In this document: positions 25,179 through 37,371 of the stretch, piece after piece
How positions within the stretch are numbered: position 1 is the first letter of the stretch
Layout: each line of letters starts with the position of its first letter
DNA from: Octopus vulgaris
Taxonomy: Eukaryota
Reading direction: 5' to 3'
DNA length: 64,000 nt
NCBI GenBank assembly: GCA_951406725.2
Contig: OX597817.1
Location: 150,412,001-150,476,000 of the forward strand
Notes under the pieces: generated by a model
What the model was told of the DNA's origin: nothing
Databases searched by the model: none
What the model saw: the letters and a program-made list of their open reading frames with translations, nothing else
Program-made: the position numbers and the translations under genes

Positions 25179-25361
25179 TAAAGGTGCTTTAAATTAAAGT
25201 TATGTAGTATCTGTGAGTTATAATGAAGACCTCACATATACTTTTGGTGGTGTTTTTAGGTGCTTTAAATTTGGTGGTGTTTTAAAGGTGCTTTAAATTA
25301 GAGTTATATAATATCTGTGAGTTATAAAGATGACCTCACATATACTTTTGGTGGTATTTTT
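25179..25361 (+). repeat. Imperfect tandem duplication of about 79 bp with a patchwork spacer
   Basis: Copies at 25179-25257 and 25283-25361 (aaaggtgctttaaatta...atacttttggtggt). Confidence 0.85.
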
Positions 25362-28099
25362 GTAAACAAAAGGGAAAAATTATTAAATCAGTGCTCAGCG
25401 TGTGGATCTCACACACTGAGCACAGACTTGAACTACTTGGGAAGATGCTTTGTTACAGATTTATCCACCCTGATGGAGTACTGGAAAGCAATGAAGGACG
25501 ATTTCAAGATGATTGAATTGTGGTCCTTGTATGTTGAAAAATCACGTGGGACAAACAAAAGCCCTGTAAAAAGAGGTTTTCCATTCACCGATAAAAATGA
25601 AGCTTTTTCTAGACTAAAATATTACTTTTATTAGGCTAATTAGATTAAAGCCTCGCGAAATAAGAATGTAATATTTTTTAGATACCGTTAAAGGTTCTTC
25701 CTTGTGAAGCATTGACATAGTAAGTTACGTTCTCATGTAAAGATGCCTTAAGTGTTTGAACAGGAAGCGCAGGAAGATCAGAGCACTCTAAAAGACAAAT
25801 TTGATAGAAAAAAAAATATTTCAAAGCCATCTAAGTTTAAATATTAAAATTGAACTTTATTTCAGATTTAAAATATTGATTATGTTCAAGTGCTAAGCTA
25901 GTTATTTGCATACTTCAACGGCAAAGCTTTGTGAAGTGATTGGCAATAAAATGTCTTCATTTGTGAATAACTAGGCCAAAGATATTTTCCCGTTTGTGAA
26001 TGTATACAAACCGAAAAATATATATATACAATAGTTTACGTTACTTTCTATAATACAAGTTTATATACGTAATAAAAATAATTTTTGAAATCTTCAAAAG
26101 GATTTATTTCTAAAATTAAAGAAATAATGTCTTGATTTGTTCGATTCAGGGGATAAAATGCATTTTTAGAGAGTGGCATATAGTTAGATCATACTGGGGG
26201 TAATTGAAATATTCACAATCAAATAATATTTAAATATTAATTTTCGTTACTAGTTTTTAAAAAAAAAAAGCCTTTACGTTCAGAAGTGAAGACAATATTT
26301 TAATCGATTTATAATTCCTTAAATATATCAGTAAAGCATAAAATCTTCAAACCACCTGCAAAGCAGTTTTAAGTGAGTTTAGACTAAGTTCCAAGTGGGC
26401 TGTGAATTTACGAAGAATCATATTTAAATGTGTTGTTAAATATAATACAAAAACCTGATTAAATCTAATGTCCGTCCGCTCATCAAAAATATAATAGAGA
26501 AAACCCGTTATGAAAGCAATAACATTCGTCGTGTACCTATTACTTGACCAAGACGTTTAAATGATATATAATTAGCATTACTTATAATCCAATTATAACA
26601 GAAATGAAGGTGTAAGAAATTATTTTAAAAGCGATTTTGTCAGATATTCTTTGATTTTAAGTAGAAAATAAAAGCTGTGTTATTCGACCTTTAAACAGGA
26701 GAAAAAAAAAATTTCACGCACTAACATCAGATCAAAAATACTTAATGGCGTGTACGGGGGAAAATGCTTCAATGATTGGGAAAATAAAATAATAATTTAC
26801 AGCATAAATCAAGCTATAGTGAGAAATTTCATAAACTATTGAACTAAATAAGATATGAAAAAGAATTATTAAGTATGTTGGAGGCCATTTTAAAAAGGTT
26901 AAATTAATCAAATATGATCGAAGATGTAATGTGATAGATATATCGGTTTTTGAGCTTACCGAATTGGAAGTAATAGTTAAATAGAGACCTTTTACATATC
27001 TGTCTATAATAGTATTAAATAGATTTCTGACCAAAAATAACAGAAATAGATCGTAAATAAATTTAATAAAATAATACTTAATGTAACACAGTGCATTTCA
27101 CCATATCTTAGTCGATTTAAATAGGTTTGTATACAATTTTTATAAATAAAAATTAGGAGGGTATTTATAATATATATATACTTAAAAACATCATACACTT
27201 AACAAAAAGCTTAATATTTTTGTTTATTTTCATTTTAAAGTAAAGACTGAATTAAAACACGAGATGCGAAGAGAAAAAAAGAGCGACACGAATTCAATCT
27301 TTTTGACAACGAATAAATAGCTACAGTATATTTAACTTCTTCCACGATTATATTCTAATTTTGATGGAATTAAATTTACATCGAATTTATCACGTGGACT
27401 TAGGAGTAATTTGAGTTACTAGTTTATAAGGCGAATGTGTTTCTTGGAAGAAAATTTCATTTACTTACATTAAGAAGAAAAAAATGGAAACAGTCAGTGC
27501 TAAGGAGAAGTAAAAAACGAGGGAAAAAATACACGTATGTCGTAATTGTCTTTATTATAACTAGAGCAAGAGACAGGAATAAATTGTTTTAATCTAATTG
27601 AAACAATAGCTTAACAGAGAAGTAAAAACTAGAAAAATAAAAGAAACAACACAGCTGTAAAGGAAGACGTGGGATCACCAATATGGCTGAACAAGTTTAG
27701 GAAGATTGAATCGAGGGGGAAAAGCGCGCCTAGGACGGAAGCAGAGTAACAGGGAAATCTTGAGAAATAAATAAATAAATGGTCGAGAAAATAATTACGC
27801 AGCTTTTCCAAAGAGGAAATGCATCTGCTATTATAAATGCTAAAGAATTGAATTCCCTCGTTCAGCAATCAAACTGATAAGAAAGAGAATGAGTGGCATG
27901 GAACAAATACTGGGGGAGTAGTAGTGAGAGGAGATAATTGAGAGAAAGCAGTTTTCTTAAAACATAATTGGGACTAAGATGTGTGTGTTCGGCGCTTTAT
28001 TGTTGCTAAACAAACTCACTTAGCCTATTTGTTTTATTTCTAACGCTAACACAAAATTCTGCGTACAAGTGTGACTGATGTAATAAGCCGTCTACTTAC

Positions 28100-28192
28100 A
28101 TTTAATGACCGAAAGTCTTCGGCTTTTCCCCGCAAAAGATTGAAATAAACCTTTCTACTACACTTCAATAAAAGTGAACTCAACGTAGCCAT
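28100..28192 (-). CDS. Candidate first exon with 31-codon frame MATLSSLLLKCSRKVYFNLLRGKAEDFRSLN (may instead be 5'UTR)
   Basis: ATGGC start at 28192, donor AAT|GTAAGT at 28099 in phase 0, compatible with the phase-0 acceptor at 934; lies just downstream of two CCAAT boxes. Confidence 0.45.
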
Positions 28193-28280
28193 ATGCCGGG
28201 AAGACTCGGCAGTCGCGATTGGCCGAGTTAATCGTCCAATCAGTGTCATTCTTACAAAAATAATCAACGTCGTCACTATT
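28193..28280 (-). promoter_or_regulatory. Candidate Pol II promoter
   Basis: GATTGGCC and CCAATCAG boxes about 18 bp apart, pyrimidine-rich CTTCCCGGC start-like motif, CpG enrichment, and absence of SINEs across about 25.6-30 kb. Confidence 0.55.
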
Positions 28281-30167
28281 AAAGAAAGAGGAAACTAATT
28301 AATCCAGCTAGTAGCAGTGCTAGCATTCAGTCTAATATATATATTTTTCTCAATATTTTTTAAAGACCACTTCTATATAACTGATTAGACAACGTTTTTG
28401 ATTTTATTTATTTCATGCATCGCATAAATATTTAAGAAAATTACTGGTCTTTTTTTTTTGTTATGCAGTATAATGTCGTTGGATTAAAGAGAGACTAAAA
28501 TACATATATAATATACATAGATGAAAACGGGGCTTTCTTCATGTCCTTGTTTTGTCCATTAGGTCTTTTCGTAAAAACAGTTTTAAATTTATATGGGAGT
28601 AGAAAACGAAACTGGGTCAAGCTCTTGTCGTTTTCAAGGGCATTGATGACGTGAAATTGCTATAACCGAAAATCGATCCCTGGTTGCTGATAGGAGCATA
28701 ACTATTATTGGCACTCTTTGTTTCCGTTCCCTATAAAATTCTCTTCCTCACCGTATTTACAGATCGATGTTCTTAATGACGAAATATAGCGAATATTTAG
28801 AGCTTTTGATTTTATTATTCAACTTTCTTCAACAAATTTAAGCTTGCACCTGTCATCTGATAATGGAGCCAGCTTAACATTGAAGTATCCCACACAATAA
28901 ATATCTTAAGCATGATTTATGCCTCAACTTTTATGGCCAGTAAGCCTACATCAGACACTGCAACATCTGTAATTAGAGATTTTTTTTTTCTTTTAAATTT
29001 GTTTTGGAGGTAGCTACTTCGTCAGCCATCGCTTTAAGCATACTGAAGCACTTAGACCACGAGTATACTCAATTTACTATAACCATTATAAGTTATGCAT
29101 TTGTTTTAATTCCTAAGTTGCTACTGTTTTGTTCTGGGTCAAATCTGATCGCGCAGGTCTATAGGAGGTGGTTTCAGCCGGTTGATCGGTCCAGGATCCA
29201 TAAATACCTAACAGTACACGCACACAAACTCAAACATCTTTCAATTTTGGATGGATACTCCTGCCCCGAGGGAAATGAAAGCAGTCTTGTTCTGCTTTGT
29301 GAAATTTCTCTGGAAGGCCCAGCCTAAGATCTAAGACTTTCTAAAATCTTTTATGCTGTCATGCTTTGGACTGTTCTACCCACTGTGTCCTTTTCCTTAG
29401 GATGTTATTTGTAGAACATTTCGATGTCATTTCTAAGTAGGTCGAGTGACCATGTGCATATTTTCTCATTAGCTAATTGGTTAAGCTCCAGGCTAATTTA
29501 GTTAGTGCAAATGAAGATCAAACTTTCTGTATTGAATCAAAATGCTTTGAGGTAGCATTGATTTTTCAGGTTTGTTTAGTAATATTGACTACTCGATATC
29601 TAGAACCTTTTATCATCTTAAACCAGTATTATTTTAAGGTTTTTTTGTTTCCACTATAATATGGATTACAATAAAATTAAGGAGACACTTATTACTATTA
29701 CTTATTACTTTATAGTCACATTGGTGAAAAATTTAGTGTCAGACTAAATACCTTGTGGTAGTTATTCTGGCTCCTTTTAGTTCCAAGCTGAAAATCCATA
29801 GAGGTCAATTTTACCCATGTGGAATTCTTTTTTCATTACAGACAAAAAAATCACAATGGGGACTAAGAAAACTTGAGATGGAAGCAGATACATTATTGGC
29901 ATTCTGATAAACAAACCAAATATACTGGTAAAGTGCCAGAATTGAACAGAGTAATAAGAACATTAATCAATAATTATGGCAATAATGTTCTTACAGCACA
30001 AAGAATAACAACTTCAATCAAATCCATTACCCAGCCACCTAATTAGATAATCTGAATAGGAATTCAAGATTGTACAAATAGACTTGAAAAGGCATAATGT
30101 TTTCTTTAAATAAAATACTTAGATATAGAAAATAAAGATCCATTTATTATCGCAACAGTATCATGAA

Positions 30168-30201
30168 AGACAGACAGATAGATAGATGGGTACATAGACA
30201 A

Positions 30202-30237
<36 letters not shown>

Positions 30238-30322
30238 GCAGGCAGGCAGGCAGGCAGATAGATAGATAGACAGGCAGGCAGATAGATAGGTAGATAGACA
30301 GGCAGGCAGACAGATAGATAGA
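30168..30322. repeat. Compound tetranucleotide microsatellite (GATA/GACA/GGCA)n
   Basis: Directly visible. Confidence 0.95.
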
Positions 30323-31255
30323 CTCACTCATATATGTATGATTATGAACTATAAAGTGTTTAATAAATTCAACAATCCTACTTTAGCTTACAAAACAATA
30401 AATTATAGATTTCTCACTTTGGAAACGGCAAATTATTAAGTAGGGAAGTTTGCAGGAAAATAAAATCACTCTTCCAAGAGAGATTTTGAAAAGATATCTA
30501 CATAGATCCATTCATAAACATTCTAGTCTTCAGACATTGAGGAAGCAAATGTTGGTATTGAACTATGATACAATGATTTCTCAATAACAAAGTCAATCAA
30601 ATCAACTGCAGACAGCATCAATCTACAAAAAACTCAAACTTTTGTCTTAAGTTTTGGCAATAGTTAATTAAAAAGAGAAGAAAAAACATCACTGTCATCA
30701 TAGTTTTAACATACCCTTTTCAAAACTTACATAAGTCAGATGGAGTGCTTTTCCTATCTCTAACACTCAAAGTAATATTTCTCCATGGCCAGATATGTTC
30801 TTGCAAAATATTGGAAATGAATGACATTCATCTAGAACAATCACATGACATCAGGACAAAGAGACAAACATATACACACACACACATGCATATATACTAC
30901 ATATTTCATATGAGGGCTTCTTTCAGTTACTGACTGCCAAATCCATACAGAAGGCTTGGTCAACCTGAGGCTATAGTAGAAGCCAAAGGTGCCACACAGT
31001 GGGATTGAACATGAAACCATGTGGTTGTGAAGCAAACTTCTTAACCACACCTGCATCTGTTATGAAATGTAATGCTAATAAACTACAATTTCCCAAAGTT
31101 TGACAGGAATGACATCAACTTAGATAATTCACTTACAAATGCAATCAGTCAAGTATAATCGAATATGATCTACTGCATATTCAGTATATATTTGTATGTT
31201 TTATTTCTCATTTCAGTCATTCACAAGGTGCCACAGTAATCTTATATGCCTAGAG

Positions 31256-31363
31256 CAGTGATTCCCAACAATGGTTTCCAACCCTTTTATTTAAATGAGT
31301 CTTCCTACAGACCCCTTTTAATATGCTTATCCAAATGTGTGTGTGTATATATATATACACATA

Positions 31364-31408
<45 letters not shown>

Positions 31409-31882
31409 TCTTTTACTTGTTTCAGTCATTTGACTGCCTTTAGTTGAGCAAATTGACCCCAGGACTTATTCTTTGTAAGCCTAGTACTTATTCTATCAGT
31501 CTCTTTTGCCGAACTGCATACAGGGACATAAACACACCAGCATCGGTTGTCAAGTGATGTTGGGGGGGACAAACATAGACACACAAACATATACACACAC
31601 ATACATACATACATATATATATGTGTGTGTGTGTGTACATATATACGGCGGGCTTCTTTCAGTTTCCGTCTACCAAATCTACTCACAAGGCTTTGGTCGG
31701 CCCGACACTTGCCCAAGGTGCCAGGCAGTGGGACTGAACCCTGAACCATGTGGTTTGTAAGCAAGCTACTTACCACACAGCCACTCATACGCCTATATAT
31801 CTGTGTGTGTGAGTGTGAAATTAGGAATTTAGTTCACAGACCCCCAGTACTACCTTTGCAAACCCCAGGTTGGGAACCACTG
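31256..31882. mobile_element. hAT (Charlie-like) non-autonomous element containing a nested SINE
   Basis: TIRs CAGTGATTCCCAAC / GTTGGGAACCACTG; 8-bp flanks gcctagag / atccagag resemble a decayed NTCTAGAN target duplication. Confidence 0.7.
31408..31795 (-). mobile_element. CORE-type tRNA-SINE nested in the hAT MITE
   Basis: Reverse match to the 8437 family, inserted at a (TA)n tract. Confidence 0.85.
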
Positions 31883-32280
31883 ATCCAGAGTAAATTATTT
31901 CAGGGGAGATAATTTTGCAAACAAAGCAATGATCACAGTTGCATTAATTACATAAACCAACTTTCATACTGATTAACAGCCTGTTTAAAAAAATTAATAA
32001 CTGAAAAAGATAAATAGTGACTTCAAAGTATAAACAGTTCACATCTTAGGATATTCCATAGAGCAAGGAAAGAACCTATACACAATCTAATTTCAAGTAA
32101 TATACAATAAATATTATTGAATTTCATTTTCATTCCTGAACATTTTTAGTATATAATCAAATAATTTAATTTATTACAATCAAATATTACAAAATGGCAT
32201 CAAATCTATTTTTTCTCATCATAAATATTATCTCCCTTTAAAGATATTCACAACCACTTCTTAGTATCACAAATATTATA

Positions 32281-32588
32281 TCTTTATATATAAAACTAAA
32301 GTTATGTGTGTGTATGTGTCTGTCTACTCCGATTTAGATTCCTAACTACTCCCACATTTTGCTGTGCAGTTTAACCAAAAGCGGGTATCTTATAGTCGTG
32401 ATTCATATTGAGCCCTTCTGGGTATTAGTGCACGTCTACAATGAGTTTACGATTTTAAAAATATTTACCATCATTTTTCCGCATTTTTAATGATTTTTGC
32501 TCGGGTTATATAAGGGAAGTAACTCTCTAAAAATGCTTATATAGTTATTTCCCTTACAAACCTGAGCAACGCCAGGTGATACTGCTAG
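32281..32588 (+). mobile_element. Non-autonomous Helitron, 308 bp
   Basis: A|TCTTTATATATAAAA ... CCTGAGCAACGCCAGG hairpin ... CTAG|T; AT target, no TSD. Confidence 0.85.
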
Positions 32589-33201
32589 TCATGTATAGAA
32601 TAAAATATTTATTCTTTTACTTGTTTCAGTCATTTGACTTTAGTCGAGCAAATCGAACCCCAGGACTTATTCTTTGTAAGCCTAGTACTTATTCTATCAG
32701 TCTCTTTTGCCAAAACACTAAGTTACTGGGACAGAAACACACTTAGTTTAGGAAGAATATAAATATGCAACATTAAATAAGTTCCTTTTCTTTGGGTCAA
32801 TCAACCTCTGATCAGAGAGCATCAATCTTCCTTCTTCCTTGTTTCTGGGATTGATGGAGAATGCATCATTATGCCTGGAACAATACAATCCTTACTCTTT
32901 CTATCTAACTACACATTATTTACCTGCCACCTCTCTCTCTCTCTCTCTTAAGTAGTCACTTAGATGAAGCTAATTGCCATATACAATGGACCATGGAGCT
33001 AAAGACAATTTGTTTGCTGCAACAACAAACAAGCTGTGTATACAAACAACTCAGAGAAGTTGTTTGCTAGATATAACAACATACTAAACATAAATTAAAG
33101 ACCATCTTAGTAACCAATTAATATTGCTCTTCATTCATTTACATGATACAACATATTACAGCACATTGATTTTTATAATTCGTGACTCCATTGTTTTATA
33201 C

Positions 33202-33236
<35 letters not shown>

Positions 33237-33626
33237 ATGAATAGTTTCTTAGATTCTGAGCCAGTTTTCAAAACTGAATCAACATTTTCCTACAAGTTCC
33301 TTTACTATTGTTCATGGCTTTTATACTTATGAAATTCTGAGAGTCAATCACCACACTTAATTGACTGTTCTACTGTTTAAGTGAATATTTCAAGGCAGAC
33401 ACACACATGCACACACATACGCATACACACACACTCACACATGCACACACACATTGCTTCAACATTCATTTTTTTCTATTATTGCTCTTTCTAGAACCAA
33501 CAAATCTGGTCTGAACCATGCAATCATGGAAAAGTGGGTGTTAACACATTGTTGGTGGTAATAATGACATACATATACATATATTAATACACATCAGATA
33601 CACACACATAAATATATATATATATA

Positions 33627-35765
33627 CTAGCTGAAGGTGACCCGCTCTACGCGCGGGTAAGAGTGTGGTTGTTACTTTCTGTTGCTTCCTTTCAGCACGT
33701 AAAAAGCACCATCCAAACGTGGCCGATTGCAGCGCCGCCTTGACTGGCTTCTGTGCCGGCGGCATGAAAAAAGCACCCACTACGCTCACAGAGTGGTTGG
33801 CATTAGGAAGGGCATCCACCTGTAGAAACACTGCCAGATCAGACTGGAGCCTGGTGCAGCCTCCTGGCTTCCCAGACCCCGATCAAACTCTCCAACCCGT
33901 GCTAGCACGGAAAACAGACGTTAAACGACGATGATGATGATGATGATGATTCTCCCTCTTTGTTTCTCTCTCACTTTCCCCACTCTCTTACTCTTCCTTT
34001 CTCTCGGACTCTCCCTCGCTTTCTCTTACTCTCTATCTTTATCTATCTCTCTCCCATTTATAAACAACAAAAGATCTTGAGTAAGTTGAGAAATAAAATA
34101 TTTAGAAAGATCAATCATAAATATCAGGCAGTAACAACAGAAAGGTCTGCTTCAAGGCAGACAGCAAAACACTTACATTTAAAAGGGACAGACAAACTAG
34201 CGAGCTGAATAAAAATAATAAAATATTGGAAACCAAAGTTTGAAGGGATAGAATCTGAGGATAGTAGAGTCACCATGGCTGGCATTTCTGAACGACGGAC
34301 AGCAACATTTTGACAGGTTAACGGCTGGCGTAAAATTTTGAACTTGATGTAAAAGAAAATCCCTAAACACCAAGTTTTGAAGTGATTCTTTCTCGTGACA
34401 GTAGACTCACCATGGCAAGCATTCAAAACTTTTTCATCATGGACGGCAACACATTGACGATTAAAAGGCTGGCGCAAATTTTTTAGCTTGATGTAACAGA
34501 GAATTCCTAAACACCCGCTCCTTTAAATTTTAATCCCCTTCCAGCCCCATTTAGACCCCTTTTCACATTTTGGTTAATATAACCCAATTTTATTCGGGTC
34601 TACTGGGGCCACATTTTATAAGATGAGGAATTTTGTCCAAGAGGAAAAAAAATTGTTGTCATGCAAAATTGCCAGCACTTTTAACATAGGTCTGCATATT
34701 TTCAGCTCAACCGATCACATAATGCACACATTATATATATATATGTATATATATATATGTGTGTGTGTGTTGGAGTCTCTATCATACGTGAGCGTTGACG
34801 CTGAATTCGACTGGTAAGCAGGTAACCTTGTCTTTGTTGAAATAGTTGTGAGCTGCTGGAGTTATTTCTCTGACGGGTAATAGGAATTTCCATATCCTCC
34901 GAGGAAACAAACTGTTGACCCAGACAATTAGAATTAATTTTAATAAAAGCATCAATTTAACCCTTTAGCATTTAAACCGGCCATATCCGGCCAAAAGTAT
35001 TCTGCCTGTTTTATGTTAAAACTGGCCAGATCTGGTCTCTCACACCAACCCTACAATATCGTTTTAAAAATTAACAGCTACCGCATCAAAATCTCATAGC
35101 TACAAGATAATGCATGATTAGTTCAAAACAATGTGAATAAAAAGCATTAATTTTGGTAGAATAATGTGAACACTAAAGGGTTAAGAAAAAATAATAAAGT
35201 AGTAAAAAATGAAAATTTAGCACGAAAAATTTGCAGGGTTCTAAATAAATGTTAAAATGTAATAGATACGAAAAACCTACGTTATCACCAGAACACGAAC
35301 GCTCGTTGGTGTGTTCTGTTTGTATTTGCTCGATCGGCGCGTTGATAGGCAGACAATAGAATGCGATGGCGAGATTCATAATATTTGTTGTCATGATTGT
35401 GTGTTGGTGATGGCGATGGTAATTCTCTCTATGAATGCAGACAGATACATAAAAGAACGCTGTTTGACGAAGTGAAAGTGATGGGAAGGTAGGAAATAGA
35501 GTGAGTGAAAAAGTGCTGGGAAGAAAGGAAATAGCAAGAGTGAGTTGAGGAAGACAGATACATTAAAGAATGGGAGTGGACTTGTCAAAGTGGGTTTTTG
35601 GCCCTAGCAACGACACCTTTTAAGATAGGGATTTCTAACATAGCCCACGGGCATCGTCACCTCATTTTACATGTCCCTGTAAATTTTGGAGTCAATCCGA
35701 CGGGATGTAGTGGCCTTGAAAGCGATCCAAGCGGTGGAAACATATTTCAGTTTTATATAAAAAGA
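33627..35765 (-). mobile_element. Non-autonomous Helitron of about 2.1 kb with nested RTE tail (33695-33950) and TTAA MITE
   Basis: Minus 5' end A|TCTTTTTATATAAAA at 35765; 3' hairpin CCCGCGCGTAGAGCGGG then CTAG|T at 33627. That both ends belong to one element is inferred. Confidence 0.7.
34961..35180. mobile_element. TTAA MITE (piggyBac-type), 220 bp
   Basis: TTAA|CCCTTTAG ... CTAAAGGG|TTAA. Confidence 0.9.
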
Positions 35766-35768
35766 TAT

Positions 35769-36025
35769 GTTGATTGTTATTGCTATAAGGTGGGCTGCAA
35801 TTAGTCAAGGAAGGTCATGCAGTGTCGTGGCTCAATGTTGGTATATGGGTAACAGTTAGTTGGAAAATACCACATGGTGAACAGAAAATTCCTATCCCCC
35901 ACATGGTCAATTTCTTGTTCACCATGTGGTATTTTCCAACAGTTACCCTATACCAACATCAAGCCATGACGCCACGGGACCTTCCGCGACCAATCGCAGC
36001 CCACCTTATGGAAATAACAATCAAC
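35769..36025. repeat. 257-bp quasi-palindrome (fold-back element)
   Basis: gttgattgttatt...ataaggtgggctgc...gttggaaaataccacatggtgaaca pairs with tgttcaccatgtggtattttccaac...gcagcccaccttat...aataacaatcaac around a loop of about 18 nt. Confidence 0.9.
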
Positions 36026-36545
36026 TTCTGTCATTCAAATTCAAAATGGCTGATGACTATCATCACACTTGAAACTCAAAAGTTACAACAATTTTGAATC
36101 AGACTGTTTTTATCCATATACATTATCCTCATTGTCATTTCGCATCTGCTTTCCAGGCTGGCAATGGATTAGGAAACTGGTAAGCTGGAGAGCTGCACCA
36201 GGTTCCTATTTGATTTAACATGGTTTCTATGGATGGATGCCCTTCCTAACACCAACAACTCCACGAGTGTAATGAATGCTATTTATGTTCCACTGGCACA
36301 GGTACCAATTATGTGGCACCAGCATCAGCCAAACTATGATTTTACTTAGCTTGATGAGTCTTTTGAAGCACAGCATATCAACAAAGGTCTCAGTCACTTA
36401 CACATATACATACAAATATATATGTATAAGCTCATGTTAGCATGGAAAATGGACATTAAACGATGATGATGATGATGATGTATGTATGTATATGTATATA
36501 TGTATGTATGTGTATATGTATGTGTGTGTGTATATATATATATAT

Positions 36546-37096
36546 GTCAGGTCACTTTCGAGTGCTACTGGCAACATGTAACCCAGTACAACCTGTTGCA
36601 TGGTCGGGTCGTCGGCGACTAAACCGGCAACCCCACCAAGCTTGCTTGGTGAGGGAGGTGTTTATTGGACACCCTGCGGGATGAAAAACAAAACCTGTCA
36701 AAGGGCGGAGGAACTTTTGAGAGTCAACGGCTATCCAATAAATGTCTTAAGGCTGTATCATGCGCGGGGACATAGAAATAATCGGACTGAATACCTGATC
36801 GCATGGTTAAACCATTGGGAGTGAAGGACTCCTAGCCTTTGTAAGGGCATCCTTCTAGGGGAAGGTAACTCAGGTAACTGGGATAACTCCGACATAAAAC
36901 CTGTGGCTCAGTGGTTACTGATGATGTTGACTTGTTCTTCTTTTCGGATTATGGCTGCTGTTGCTTAGTGAGTGGGATTGACTCAGCGCACAGCCTTTCC
37001 TCACTTTAAAAACAATCTTCTTGCACAGGCATTGCACGATAACAACATTGATTAAGCTTTGTGAAATGGCCATACTCAATAACAAGGGGACAGCCA

Positions 37097-37100
<4 letters not shown>
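36546..37100 (+). mobile_element. GC-rich insertion between (TA)n tracts, possibly RTE 5'UTR-derived
   Basis: GGGCATCCTTCTAGGGGAAGGTAACTC resembles the conserved 5' motif of RTE elements; CpGs retained. Confidence 0.4.
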
Positions 37101-37132
<32 letters not shown>

Positions 37133-37284
37133 TTTAAGTATGGTAGATGAGTTCAGCAAAAATTTAGATTCAGATGAATATGGTACTTAAGTTGAGGCAC
37201 CAGAAATTTAGTACAGTATTATCCATACAATTTCAAAATAAGGTGATTAAAATCAAGATAAGCAACAAGGATATCCAGAGGTAA

Positions 37285-37371
37285 TGCAGTACGATCATTT
37301 CATGCAACTCCATTTAATTGAACAATGCAATCATTACATCAATTTATAATGTAGAGCAATCTTCAGCTGCA
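37285..37371 (-). ncRNA. Type I hammerhead-ribozyme-like motif
   Basis: Minus strand TGCAG-CTGAAGA-ttgctc...ggagttgcat-GAAA-TGATCG-TA-CTGCA: 5-bp stem I, intact cores, near-palindromic stem III, GUA triplet; stem II imperfect. Confidence 0.6.
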
